Shown: one piece after another, positions 18,717 through 27,840 of the stretch
How the letters are laid out: each line of letters opens with the position of its first letter
Position numbering within the stretch: the first letter of the stretch is position 1
From: Candidatus Zambryskibacteria bacterium RIFCSPLOWO2_01_FULL_39_39
GTDB lineage: Bacteria > Patescibacteriota > Minisyncoccia > Phycocordibacterales > WO2-35-19
Assembly (NCBI GenBank): GCA_001823925.1
Contig: MHWB01000013.1
Coordinates: forward strand, 9,338-73,337
Reading direction: 5' to 3'
Length of the DNA stretch: 64,000 nucleotides
Notes under the pieces: model-generated
The model's database searches: none
What the model saw: the letters and a program-made list of their open reading frames with translations, nothing else
Told to the model about the DNA's origin: nothing
Made by a program: the position numbers and the translations under genes

Positions 18717-19628
18717 TTATTTATTGCCCCGTAAAAAATCTTCGTAAAGCATTTCTTTTTTACCTTCTGGTATTATTTTTAATATTTTTAATTTATCATC
18801 TTCAATTGTGGCATCTGTTATTATAATGCGTTTTTCTTTATTAAAATAATAAGAAGTGGGCCACTCTTCAAAGGCTTTTATTTTAAGCAAATTTTTAAGT
18901 GGATTGTCACTTAAATCAAGAAAGCCATCTTCTTTTTTTATTTTTTGGCAATAAGTTGCTTTATCTTCATTTTGTATTATTGGATCTATTGCTCCCAAGA
19001 GCCATTCTGGTAAAATATGAGCAAATAGTCCTGCTCCCTCTATTGCTAAAATTTTTTCTAATTCTTTTCTGCCGACCTCACCCCATGCCCCTTTGGTGCC
19101 TTGCTCCTCCCCTTGACAAGGGGAGGGGTTGGGGAGAGGTTTTTGAATTACAATAGGTCCTGTATCCATTGCTTCTTCAATCTGCATAATACTTACCCCC
19201 ACTTCCGTATCGTTATTTAAAATCTGACTCTGGATAGGAGAAGCGCCACGATATTTTGGCAACAGAGAAGGGTGGATATTTAAAGTTTTGTGTTTTGGTA
19301 TTTCAAAAATTTCTTTAGGAATTATTTTGCCGTAAGAAGCGACTAAAAAGAGATCCCAATCTCCAAATTTTACTTCGGTATTACGAAGAAATTCTTCTGC
19401 ATTAGAGCCCCGCTCACTTCTTAAGGTTTCTGGATCAAAAACTTCTATATTATTTTTTTGACCCCATACCCTTACTTCATTTGGAGTAAGTATCATCTTT
19501 CTGCCTTTTGGTCTGTCAGGAATTGTTATCAAAAGGTTTGGCAACATACCATGTTGTTTCAATTCGTCCAAAACATAAACAGAAAATCTTGAACTGCCAA
19601 AGAATGCCCAATGTACTTTGTTTATCAT
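18717..19628 (-). CDS. fmt: Methionyl-tRNA formyltransferase
   Basis: VASYGKII, NIHPSLLPKYRGASPI and MDTGPI motifs; follows def. Confidence 0.96.
   Translation of the reverse strand: MINKVHWAFFGSSRFSVYVLDELKQHGMLPNLLITIPDRPKGRKMILTPNEVRVWGQKNNIEVFDPETLRSERGSNAEEFLRNTEVKFGDWDLFLVASYGKIIPKEIFEIPKHKTLNIHPSLLPKYRGASPIQSQILNNDTEVGVSIMQIEEAMDTGPIVIQKPLPNPSPCQGEEQGTKGAWGEVGRKELEKILAIEGAGLFAHILPEWLLGAIDPIIQNEDKATYCQKIKKEDGFLDLSDNPLKNLLKIKAFEEWPTSYYFNKEKRIIITDATIEDDKLKILKIIPEGKKEMLYEDFLRGNK
19074..19140. repeat. Nuclease-free DUF559-family element in frame in fmt
   Basis: Minus strand ACCTCTCCCCAACCCCTCCCCTTGTCAAGGGGAGG...GGGGTGAGGTC; encodes PLPNPSPCQGEEQGTKGAWGEV. Confidence 0.85.
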
Positions 19629-20197
19629 TTTAATTTTTCTTTTGTCGGAGGCACTTCTTTTAAATTACTTGCTTTGTCTGTAAAGAGTATACCGTTCAAA
19701 TGATCCGTCTCATGTTGAAATGCTTGGGATAAAAGTCCTGAACCACCTAAGGTAAACGACTTACCGTTTTCGTCGTAGGCTTTGATGAGTGTCTTTTTTG
19801 ATCTTTTAACTTTACCATAAAGCCAACGTACTGAGAGGCACCCCTCGTCAACAGTTATTTTTTCTTTTGAAATTTTTAATATTTCTGGATTTATAAAGAC
19901 CATATCTTTAAAATCTGTCTTTTTATTTTCAAATTTATCCAAGTTTTCTCTTTTAGATTTTTTACCTATTTTCTCATCTTCCATTATTTCAAATATTTTT
20001 TTAGAAACTATGAAAATACGCAAGTTTTCTCCGATCTGGGGTGCGGCGATAGCCACTCCGTCATCTTGACTGTTTAAAGCTTTGATCATTCTCCTTATTA
20101 TGGTTTCCACTTTACGGCTCCTAATGTTTTCAATTGGTACTTCTTTGGAAACTTTCCTCAAAATTTTATTTTCTTTTTGCACTATTTCACCACTCAT
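19625..20197 (-). CDS. def: Peptide deformylase
   Basis: GVAIAAPQIG, EGCLS and QHETDHLNG motifs. Confidence 0.97.
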   Translation of the reverse strand: MSGEIVQKENKILRKVSKEVPIENIRSRKVETIIRRMIKALNSQDDGVAIAAPQIGENLRIFIVSKKIFEIMEDEKIGKKSKRENLDKFENKKTDFKDMVFINPEILKISKEKITVDEGCLSVRWLYGKVKRSKKTLIKAYDENGKSFTLGGSGLLSQAFQHETDHLNGILFTDKASNLKEVPPTKEKLK

Positions 20198-20229
20198 ATA
20201 TTTATTCTACAATAAAATTTCTTTTAAAT

Positions 20230-22182
20230 CTATAACAAATTATCTGGATCTGTCTTAATCTCAAAGTGGGGAGGTAAAGATTTTAAAATAGAAAAAAGAG
20301 CAGAATCTACCCATTTTTCTTTGGGTATTTTAATGACGGCATTTATGGCAGATTGCTCACCCCTTTTTTCATGAATGGATGGGAAAATGGTGGCGCTATA
20401 ATTTTTATTTTCGGAATTTTCAAACACATTCTTCAACACTTGAGTTTCTTTTCCGACAAAACTTTTAGTGCCTCTCACTGTTATTTTTATAAAAATACTA
20501 AAAGGTGGGTAACTTAAAACCGCGCGATCCTCTATTTCCTTTTTATAAAATTCTATTAAATTGCCACTTCTTGCAAATTCTACAGTTGAATCTTTTGGGT
20601 TTCTGGTCTGTATCAAAAGGTTTTCTTTGGCTATACTTTTGGTTTGTAAAATAAGACGGAAAATTTTTTCTCTGATACGAAAATCAGGAATAGAGAATAG
20701 GGAATCAAAAGAACAAATAGCACTACTTCCCACTTTTTTATAAATATAAGAGAGAGCCATCTCGGTACCCAAAAGTATTGAGCCTTTATTTTCATAAAAG
20801 TTTTTGATTACATTTAAGGCTTTGGCGTTTGTTTCAACAATATCTTTGTGTAATTCAAAAAGATTTATGTTTGGGACACTCTTTCTTAATTCTTCGGCTA
20901 CTCTGTCAATACCAGAACCAAATGCCGCAAGCTTCCAGCTGTGACAATTTTGACAAACTTCTGCCGCGTCTCGTGTTTCGCCACATTGATGACATTTAAA
21001 AACGGCGCCATTTTGGGTACTTTGGTCCGGAGATGTTTTAGTTTTATATAAGATCATAGGAGATGAGCAGTTGAAACATTTTACCTGTTCTCCGCAGTCA
21101 CGGCAGACAGTAACCGACGATAAGCCTTTTCTAGCCGCAAATATAAACATATTAGAACCTTTTTCTATGGTTTTTTTGATTAAATTTAGTAATTCTGGCG
21201 ATATGGTTTTGAATTCTTTTCCTTGCCCCAATTCTTTCAAGTCTATTATGGTCGTTTTGATTTCAAGAGGCATTCGCCATTTGACGTTTTCAAATTCAGA
21301 TACTTCCCCTTGTTTGTATCTGTATAAAGTTTCTATTCTCAAAAAAGAATCTCCAATCACGGTACGGATATTTTTTTTATTAGCCAAAATTTCAGCAAAA
21401 AATCGAAGGTCTATAAAAGGTCGCGATAAAGTTTTCCAACCAGTTTCATTTTCTTTATCTATAATAATGGTGCCGAAATCTAATCTTGGCAAAAATAACC
21501 ATTTGGCTGTGGCTATAATTAATACAGGATGCTTTGTTTCGCATGCCCTTTTCCATTCCTTGATTAAATCCTTTTTCTTCATTTCATTATGAAAAGTGCA
21601 GACAAAGGATTCTATACCACGTTCTAGTTTTTCCTGAGTTTTTCGCACGTTTTCATTTTGAGGTAAGCATAGAAAAACTGATTTTTTCTTAGCAAATTCT
21701 TCCCTGATAAGAGATTTATAAAGATCTAATCTTTCCTCGTTTGGAGCTTGTAAGATAGCAATTTCATTTTTAATACTGTCGTTGCCAAGGACAGTCCTTA
21801 AACTGCCCCGGTCCCAAAGGACTGTCCTTGGCAACTGAAGCAAGTTTGGGTTTTCTAAAATGAAAGAAGGAATAAGTTGGGGAATAATATTGCCTTCTGT
21901 GGCGACAAAATATTTGGCCGTCTCTCTCACCGCTTCCAAGAATTTTTTTTGTAAAAATGGTTTAGCAGTTACGGCTGAAATTTTTTTTAATTGAAAATTT
22001 GCGGATTTTATAGAAAGTTTTGCCTCTGTCACGTCCTTACTTTCTAAAACCAAAGCTGAAACACTTTTTCCTCTAATGTTTATTTTTAACAAAGAACCGG
22101 GCTCTAAATATTTAGGTCCAAAATATGACAGTGACTCTTTACTCAAACCTTTTGAAAGTGGTAGACATTCTATGATAAACAT
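20230..22182 (-). CDS. priA: Primosomal protein N' (PriA-like, degenerate helicase motifs)
   Basis: Four CxxC pairs, ILLGTE, PDFR and YPPFS; start moved to MFIIECL. Confidence 0.85.
   Translation of the reverse strand: MFIIECLPLSKGLSKESLSYFGPKYLEPGSLLKINIRGKSVSALVLESKDVTEAKLSIKSANFQLKKISAVTAKPFLQKKFLEAVRETAKYFVATEGNIIPQLIPSFILENPNLLQLPRTVLWDRGSLRTVLGNDSIKNEIAILQAPNEERLDLYKSLIREEFAKKKSVFLCLPQNENVRKTQEKLERGIESFVCTFHNEMKKKDLIKEWKRACETKHPVLIIATAKWLFLPRLDFGTIIIDKENETGWKTLSRPFIDLRFFAEILANKKNIRTVIGDSFLRIETLYRYKQGEVSEFENVKWRMPLEIKTTIIDLKELGQGKEFKTISPELLNLIKKTIEKGSNMFIFAARKGLSSVTVCRDCGEQVKCFNCSSPMILYKTKTSPDQSTQNGAVFKCHQCGETRDAAEVCQNCHSWKLAAFGSGIDRVAEELRKSVPNINLFELHKDIVETNAKALNVIKNFYENKGSILLGTEMALSYIYKKVGSSAICSFDSLFSIPDFRIREKIFRLILQTKSIAKENLLIQTRNPKDSTVEFARSGNLIEFYKKEIEDRAVLSYPPFSIFIKITVRGTKSFVGKETQVLKNVFENSENKNYSATIFPSIHEKRGEQSAINAVIKIPKEKWVDSALFSILKSLPPHFEIKTDPDNLL
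21781..21835. repeat. 55-bp hairpin in frame in priA
   Basis: GTTGCCAAGGACAGTCCTT / AAACTGCCCCGGTCCCA / AAGGACTGTCCTTGGCAAC. Confidence 0.95.
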
Positions 22183-22257
22183 ATGCTTTAAGTAAAAAGC
22201 AAAAAGCCTAAAGTAGCAAGTCATCTAAATCACTAATTTTATGGTAAAATATCTATT

Positions 22258-23028
22258 ATGAATTTATCTTTTGATAAAAAACTAGCAGATAATTATACAA
22301 GTCAATCTCAAAAAATCAGAGTTTTAACTGAAGATTGGGTTGATAATCAAATTTTTTGCCCAAATTGTGGACATCTTAATATAGATAAATATGAAAATAA
22401 TAAACCAGTCGCCGATTTCTTCTGTTCAAATTGTAAGGAAGATTATGAATTAAAAAGTAAAAAAGAAACAATTGGCAATAAACTTGTTGATGGTGCATAC
22501 CACACGATGATTGAAAGATTGCAAAGTAGTAATAACCCTAATTTTTTTCTTCTTAATTATGATTTACAAAATTTTGAGGTTTTAAATTTTTTTGTCATTC
22601 CAAAACATTTCTTTATTCCAGATATTATAGAAGAACGCAAAGCATTATCCCAAACAGCAAGGCGTGCTGGTTGGATTGGTTGTAATATTTTACTACAGAG
22701 CATTCCGCAAAGCGGAAAAATATTTTTTGTAAAAAATCGTCAAATTGAGTCAAAAGAAAAAATTCTCGCAAAATGGCAAAAAACGCTATTTCTCCGAAAA
22801 GAAAAAGAAATTAGTGCAAAAGGTTGGCTTTTAGATATAATTAATTGTATTGAAAAATTAAAAAATAAAGAATTTACCATTGATGAAATTTATGTTTTTG
22901 AAAGTTTTTTATCCAAAAAACATCCTGAAAACAAATATATCAAAGACAAAATTCGTCAACAACTACAGATTTTGAGGGATAGGGGGTATTTATATTTTAT
23001 TAGCAGAGGAATTTATAAAATAAAATGA
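22258..23028 (+). CDS. DpnI-like / Dam-replacing family restriction endonuclease
   Basis: SQKIRVLTEDW, CPNCG, NKPVADFFC, DGAY, ARRAGWIGCNI, KIRQQLQILRD. Confidence 0.92.
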   Translation: MNLSFDKKLADNYTSQSQKIRVLTEDWVDNQIFCPNCGHLNIDKYENNKPVADFFCSNCKEDYELKSKKETIGNKLVDGAYHTMIERLQSSNNPNFFLLNYDLQNFEVLNFFVIPKHFFIPDIIEERKALSQTARRAGWIGCNILLQSIPQSGKIFFVKNRQIESKEKILAKWQKTLFLRKEKEISAKGWLLDIINCIEKLKNKEFTIDEIYVFESFLSKKHPENKYIKDKIRQQLQILRDRGYLYFISRGIYKIK

Positions 23029-23192
23029 CAATAAAAAAATTTATCAAAAAATTAGAAAGAATTGTAAAGGAACATGGACCATCTCTTGAGGTGAAAATGG
23101 CAGATGATATACCAGTAGTTAGTCCTGTTTGTACGAGAGATTTTATGGATAAAAAGGTGGTTGTCATAACAGATCAAGAAGGAGATGGATAG
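23025..23192 (+). CDS. Small hypothetical protein (55 aa)
   Basis: Below the track cutoff; ATGA overlap with the DpnI-like gene; MTIKKFIKKLERIVKEHG...DQEGDG. Confidence 0.5.
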   Translation: MTIKKFIKKLERIVKEHGPSLEVKMADDIPVVSPVCTRDFMDKKVVVITDQEGDG

Positions 23193-23217
23193 GTTAGAGC
23201 TAAAATTTTAAAAAGTT

Positions 23218-23442
23218 ACAGGTTCTGTGGATGAGAAACTGCAAACCTGTGATTTTAAGAAGAAACAATTTCGGAAACTTTTTGCAACTCTTAATATTGA
23301 AATTGAGTACATTTATATTCTAGGAGATTGGTTTAAATTACCAAAATATAAAGATGTTCTTGATTACGTCATCTCTGTTGGTTGTCAGTATTATTTTGGA
23401 TATTTACCTTTGCAAAAATTGGGGTTGCCTGTACCTAAATAA
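23218..23442 (+). pseudogene. C-terminal remnant of a PD-(D/E)XK restriction-like nuclease
   Basis: GSVDEKLQTCDFKKKQ...YIYILGDWF...YKDVLDY, with no N-terminal half or good start; family recalled from memory. Confidence 0.55.
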
Positions 23443-23445
23443 AAA

Positions 23446-24237
23446 ATGTCAGCGAAGAATTTAATAAAATGGTTGAAGAAATTAAAAATAAATAAAGAAA
23501 AATTACCAATTCTTCTTAGGATATTTGAGATAATTATTTTATTTTTAGTTCCTATTGTTTTCTATATAGCATGGTTTATATCTGAATATGAAGAGGTACA
23601 CATATTCAGCAATCTAGAAGTGATTGGAAATAAACTAACTTTTAATAACCGGCAAGAAATGATGGCTTTAAAAGATTCTATGTATGAAAATACAAAAAAT
23701 GATTTCCCAGTACAATTCTCAAAACAAAAAATTTCTGATTTTGATAACTTCAAATCACAAGTTTCTGAAAGGTTCATTGAGGAACTTAGTGTATTTTCAT
23801 CACTTCCTATTCATAGGGCATGTTTAATCAACAAAAACGAAATATTTATACTAGGCAATCTACAAGAAAATATTGGCCTTTCAACGGGGGGAGCTGCTAT
23901 AAACCAAAAAGATGGCTATAATTTCTATGCAGAGAGAAATGGTGAAGATTGCAAAAATATTTCCATAAGCAAATTTAGAGAAAGCCCATCTAGAGCAGAA
24001 TACGCATATCCTTTTACTACGATCATGAGCCAAGAAGAAGGTGTAAAATTCCAAAATGGAGAAAAATTTACGGCAGATATAGCAACTTCTTCTGTAATTG
24101 CTTCCGATACGATAATTAAAATCCGCCTAAATTATTGGACATTTGTTATTTTTTATTTTATCGTTCTTCCTGCATGGTCGGTTATCTTTTTTCAGTACAA
24201 GAAAATCTCTAGCTACTTAAAAAATCCCAGCAATTAA
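23446..24237 (+). CDS. Hypothetical two-TM membrane protein
   Basis: Long ORF with N- and C-terminal hydrophobic helices. Confidence 0.65.
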   Translation: MSAKNLIKWLKKLKINKEKLPILLRIFEIIILFLVPIVFYIAWFISEYEEVHIFSNLEVIGNKLTFNNRQEMMALKDSMYENTKNDFPVQFSKQKISDFDNFKSQVSERFIEELSVFSSLPIHRACLINKNEIFILGNLQENIGLSTGGAAINQKDGYNFYAERNGEDCKNISISKFRESPSRAEYAYPFTTIMSQEEGVKFQNGEKFTADIATSSVIASDTIIKIRLNYWTFVIFYFIVLPAWSVIFFQYKKISSYLKNPSN

Positions 24238-24351
24238 ACAAGTTTCAACTTCGTACTAGATGGCCAGCATTTATTTCATACAAAGATTGTGGCAGAGATT
24301 TGAAGTATTCTCAAGATTGCCGATTAGACGACTTCCTTGTAGTATTTGGAT

Positions 24352-25365
24352 ATGTCATTTTTTTCTAAAAAATTGGGTATTGATTTGGGAACGGCCAACA
24401 CTCTGGTTTTTGTGCCGGGTAAGGGTGTAGTTTTAAACGAGCCTTCGGTGGTGGCTATTTCCCTTGAAGATAATAAAATTTTAGCAGTTGGTAATGAAGC
24501 AAAAATAATGATAGGCCGGACTCCTAAAGCTATTGTGGCTTATAGACCAATGAAAGATGGGGTAATCGCCGATTATAAAGTTACGGAAGCAATGCTTTCT
24601 TATTATATGAAAAAAGCTATGGGTGGCTGGGGTTTTATAAAACCAGAAGTGCTGATTAGTGTGCCAGCCGGAGTCACTTCTACCGAAAGAAGGGCGGTAA
24701 TAGAAGCGGCTATAAAAGCGGGGGCCAAGAATGCTTATGTCGTCAAAGAGCCCATTTTGGCGGCTATTGGAGCTGGTATCCCTATATATGAAGCCAGGGG
24801 ACATATGGTTGCTGATATTGGTGGGGGTACCACGGATGTGGCAGTGATCTCTTTGGGTGGTATTGTTTCAGCCACTTCGGTCAAATGTGCTGGTAACAAA
24901 ATTGACGAAAGTATAATTGATTACATCAAAAAAACTTTTAATTTGGCCATTGGAGATAAAACAGCGGAAGATATAAAAGTTAAAATAGGATCGGCATTAC
25001 CCATAGATGAAGAGCTTGTCATATCTATAAAAGGTAGAGATTTTATTTCAGGGCTCCCTAGATCAGTTGAAATCAAAACTAACGAAATAGTCAAAGCTAT
25101 TTCACGAGAACTTCGAGAGATAATAAAAGCGATCAAAGATGTCTTGCAAGAAACCCCACCCGAACTCGCTGCCGATATAATGGACCATGGTATTATCATG
25201 ACCGGAGGGACTTCCGCTCTCAGAAATCTTCCTGAACTGATCTTTAGAAGAGTTGGGGTAAAAGCAATCCTTGCAGAAAATCCTCTTTACTGCGTTGCAG
25301 AGGGTACTGGTATTGCTTTGGAACATTTGGGTGCCTACAAAAGAGTGGTGGCCTCTAAAAGATAA
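24352..25365 (+). CDS. mreB: Rod shape-determining protein MreB (paralog 1)
   Basis: GIDLGTANT, NEPSVVA, DIGGGTTD. Confidence 0.96.
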   Translation: MSFFSKKLGIDLGTANTLVFVPGKGVVLNEPSVVAISLEDNKILAVGNEAKIMIGRTPKAIVAYRPMKDGVIADYKVTEAMLSYYMKKAMGGWGFIKPEVLISVPAGVTSTERRAVIEAAIKAGAKNAYVVKEPILAAIGAGIPIYEARGHMVADIGGGTTDVAVISLGGIVSATSVKCAGNKIDESIIDYIKKTFNLAIGDKTAEDIKVKIGSALPIDEELVISIKGRDFISGLPRSVEIKTNEIVKAISRELREIIKAIKDVLQETPPELAADIMDHGIIMTGGTSALRNLPELIFRRVGVKAILAENPLYCVAEGTGIALEHLGAYKRVVASKR

Positions 25366-25373
25366 AATAAAAA

Positions 25374-25991
25374 ATGCATCACGCCAATATCATAATAAGC
25401 AGAGAAGATTGTCGGGATTATGTTTTTGATATTTTAGAAAAAGATTTAAATTTTAATATTAAAGCCAACCCCGATTTTTTGCTTGTAGAAACAGAATCTT
25501 TCAGTATAGATCATGCCAGGGATCTGATAAAATGGTCTATTGGCAAAGCCCTAGTGGGTGAAATAAAAGTTTCCTTGATTATCGTAAAATCTATAACCTT
25601 AGAAGCTCAAAATGCTCTGCTTAAAATTTTGGAAGAATCACCAGAAGGCACTTTTATTTTTATTAGTTTAGAAAATTTGGGGGGAATTTTGCCCACACTT
25701 GTTTCAAGAGTCAGGATTTTAAATTTACACAAGGAAGTTAACAATTTGGAAGATGATGCCCAAAAGTTTTTCTCTTCCAAGATTAAAGACAAACTTTCTG
25801 TCATACGCACTCTTTCAAAAAAAGAAGACAAGAGTGATATAAAAGAACTTATAAAAAATTTAGAGCAAATAGCTTATCAAAATAAGGCGTCGGCAAATCA
25901 TATAAAAAACGTATTAACCGCAAAGATTTTTGCTAGTACCAGGGGGTCTTCCCCCAAGATGCTTTTAGAATGGTTATCAGCCGTGTTATAA
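25374..25991 (+). CDS. holB: DNA polymerase III delta-prime-like protein (short form)
   Basis: AQNALLKILEE, ILPTLVSR. Confidence 0.75.
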   Translation: MHHANIIISREDCRDYVFDILEKDLNFNIKANPDFLLVETESFSIDHARDLIKWSIGKALVGEIKVSLIIVKSITLEAQNALLKILEESPEGTFIFISLENLGGILPTLVSRVRILNLHKEVNNLEDDAQKFFSSKIKDKLSVIRTLSKKEDKSDIKELIKNLEQIAYQNKASANHIKNVLTAKIFASTRGSSPKMLLEWLSAVL

Positions 25992-25992
25992 T

Positions 25993-26049
25993 AGTTGCCA
26001 AGGACAGTCCTTAAAATGCCCCGGTCCCAAAGGACTGTCCTTGGCAACT
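25993..26049. repeat. 57-bp intergenic hairpin, near-identical to the priA insert
   Basis: AGTTGCCAAGGACAGTCCTT / AAAATGCCCCGGTCCCA / AAGGACTGTCCTTGGCAACT. Confidence 0.95.
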
Positions 26050-26052
26050 TAA

Positions 26053-26601
26053 ATGTTTGATTTTTCGGAATTAAAAATAAAAAGCAAAGACATAGAAAAC
26101 TGGCTTAGCAAAGAGCTTTCGGTTATTCGTACTGGCAGAGCTACCCCGGTTATTCTTGATTTTGTACAAGTAGAAGCTTATGGCTCAAAGATGTCTATCA
26201 AAGAATTGGCCAATATTTTAGTGGAAGACGCTAAGACGGTGAGAATAGAGCCGTGGGATTTGAGCGTTGGCAGAAGTATTGAAAAGGCAATAGGTTCTTC
26301 CAACTTAGGACTTTCTGTTGCCCCATTTGAAAAAGGGTTAAGAATTATTTTTCCCGAGCTAACTGCCGAAAGAAGAGAGCAGTTTGTCAAAGTGGTTGGT
26401 AAACAACTTGAAGAGGCCAAAGTATCACTGCGAAATCTACGTGATAAAACTTGGAAGGCGATTGAAGAAAAAGAAAAATCTGGTGGTATGGGTGAAGACG
26501 ATAAGTTTAGAATGAAAGAAGAAATGCAGAAGATAATAGATGATACAAGTAGAAAGCTGGAAGAGTCGGCAGATAAAAAAGAGAAGGAGATAAAGATTTA
26601 A
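26053..26601 (+). CDS. frr: Ribosome recycling factor
   Basis: IRTGRA, PELTAERR, KVSLRNLR. Confidence 0.96.
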   Translation: MFDFSELKIKSKDIENWLSKELSVIRTGRATPVILDFVQVEAYGSKMSIKELANILVEDAKTVRIEPWDLSVGRSIEKAIGSSNLGLSVAPFEKGLRIIFPELTAERREQFVKVVGKQLEEAKVSLRNLRDKTWKAIEEKEKSGGMGEDDKFRMKEEMQKIIDDTSRKLEESADKKEKEIKI

Positions 26602-26606
26602 AGCAA

Positions 26607-27794
26607 ATGACCTTTTTAATTTTTGTAATTATTTTAGGGATTTTAGTGTTTGTCCACGAGCTTGGACACTTTTTGGCTGCCAAAAAGGCCAATGTCCGTG
26701 TAGACGAATTTGGATTTGGTTATCCACCCAGAGCTTTAAAAATAGGTGAGAAGTGGGGGACGCTTTTTACTTTAAATTGGATTCCGTTTGGTGGTTTTGT
26801 TAAAATTTTTGGCGAGAATTATGAGAAAGATGAAATAAGCCCACAGGAAAGCTCTTCTTCAGAAAGTCCTCGGGTCTCCCCGCAGAGCGGGGCCAGACTT
26901 TCTTCAGAAGACTTTCCTGTGGGCAGGAATTTTACACAAGTTTCTAAGAAGTGGCAGGCTACTATATTGGTAGCTGGAGTTACTTTTAACATTATTTTTG
27001 CTTGGTTTCTTTTTTCTTTAGGATTCGTGATTGGTCTACCAACTTCGGTTGACAATGATTTTGGCGCTGTTGTCAAAAACCCAACTCTCACTGTCGTGGG
27101 GCTCATCCAAGATTTTCCAGCTCAAAAATCTGGTCTTAAAACTGGCGATAAAATAAAAGAAATTTCTCTTTCGAATGGCAAAATGTTGCAAAATTTAAAT
27201 CCAGAAGAAGTGTCTGATTTTATAAATAATTCTGAAGGTGAAATTGAAATACAGATTGATCGGGGAGGAGAAATTTTAAATTTTGGAATTACCCCAAAGA
27301 CAGAGATAGTAGAAAATCCCCCGAGCTCTTTAGGGCAGGAAAGGAAAATTATTGGTATCAATATGGATATGGTGGGCACTCTTTCTCTGCCAATTCATAA
27401 GGCTATTTATCAGGGTGGCAAAACCACTTTAAAACTTTCTTATCTCACAGTTTTTGGGATTGCAAATTTAATTCTTGACGCGGTGAAGGGTGAAGCCGAT
27501 ATTTCGGAAATAGCGGGTCCAGTGGGTATCGTCGGTTTGGTGGGGGATGCGACACGACTCGGTTTTTCATATCTCATCACTTTTACGGCTCTTATTTCTA
27601 TAAACTTGGCAATTATAAATTTAGTACCCTTTCCAGCACTCGACGGTGGTCGGATCCTTTTTGTGGCCATCGAAGGTATAACTAAAAGAAAAATTAACCC
27701 AAAAGTAGCCAACATTGCAAACACTGTCGGCTTTGCTCTCCTCATCACCCTAATGCTCATCGTCACCTACCGCGATATTTTGAAATTGTTTTGA
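26607..27794 (+). CDS. rseP: Site-2 protease RseP (M50) with PDZ domain
   Basis: HELGH, IPFGGFVK, NLVPFPALDGG. Confidence 0.95.
   Translation: MTFLIFVIILGILVFVHELGHFLAAKKANVRVDEFGFGYPPRALKIGEKWGTLFTLNWIPFGGFVKIFGENYEKDEISPQESSSSESPRVSPQSGARLSSEDFPVGRNFTQVSKKWQATILVAGVTFNIIFAWFLFSLGFVIGLPTSVDNDFGAVVKNPTLTVVGLIQDFPAQKSGLKTGDKIKEISLSNGKMLQNLNPEEVSDFINNSEGEIEIQIDRGGEILNFGITPKTEIVENPPSSLGQERKIIGINMDMVGTLSLPIHKAIYQGGKTTLKLSYLTVFGIANLILDAVKGEADISEIAGPVGIVGLVGDATRLGFSYLITFTALISINLAIINLVPFPALDGGRILFVAIEGITKRKINPKVANIANTVGFALLITLMLIVTYRDILKLF
26839..26924. repeat. 86-bp imperfect hairpin in frame in rseP
   Basis: GCCCACAGGAAAG...AGAAAGTC..CCCCGC-AGA-GCGGGG..GACTTTCT...CTTTCCTGTGGGC. Confidence 0.85.
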
Positions 27795-27840
27795 TACAAA
27801 ACTTTTTGCTCAAAATGGTGATTTAGGATATTATTTAGAA

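Noticed and set aside
2334-26049. CRISPR array from the recurring hairpins
   Set aside because: Copies are dispersed, not regularly spaced with unique spacers, and no cas genes are present.
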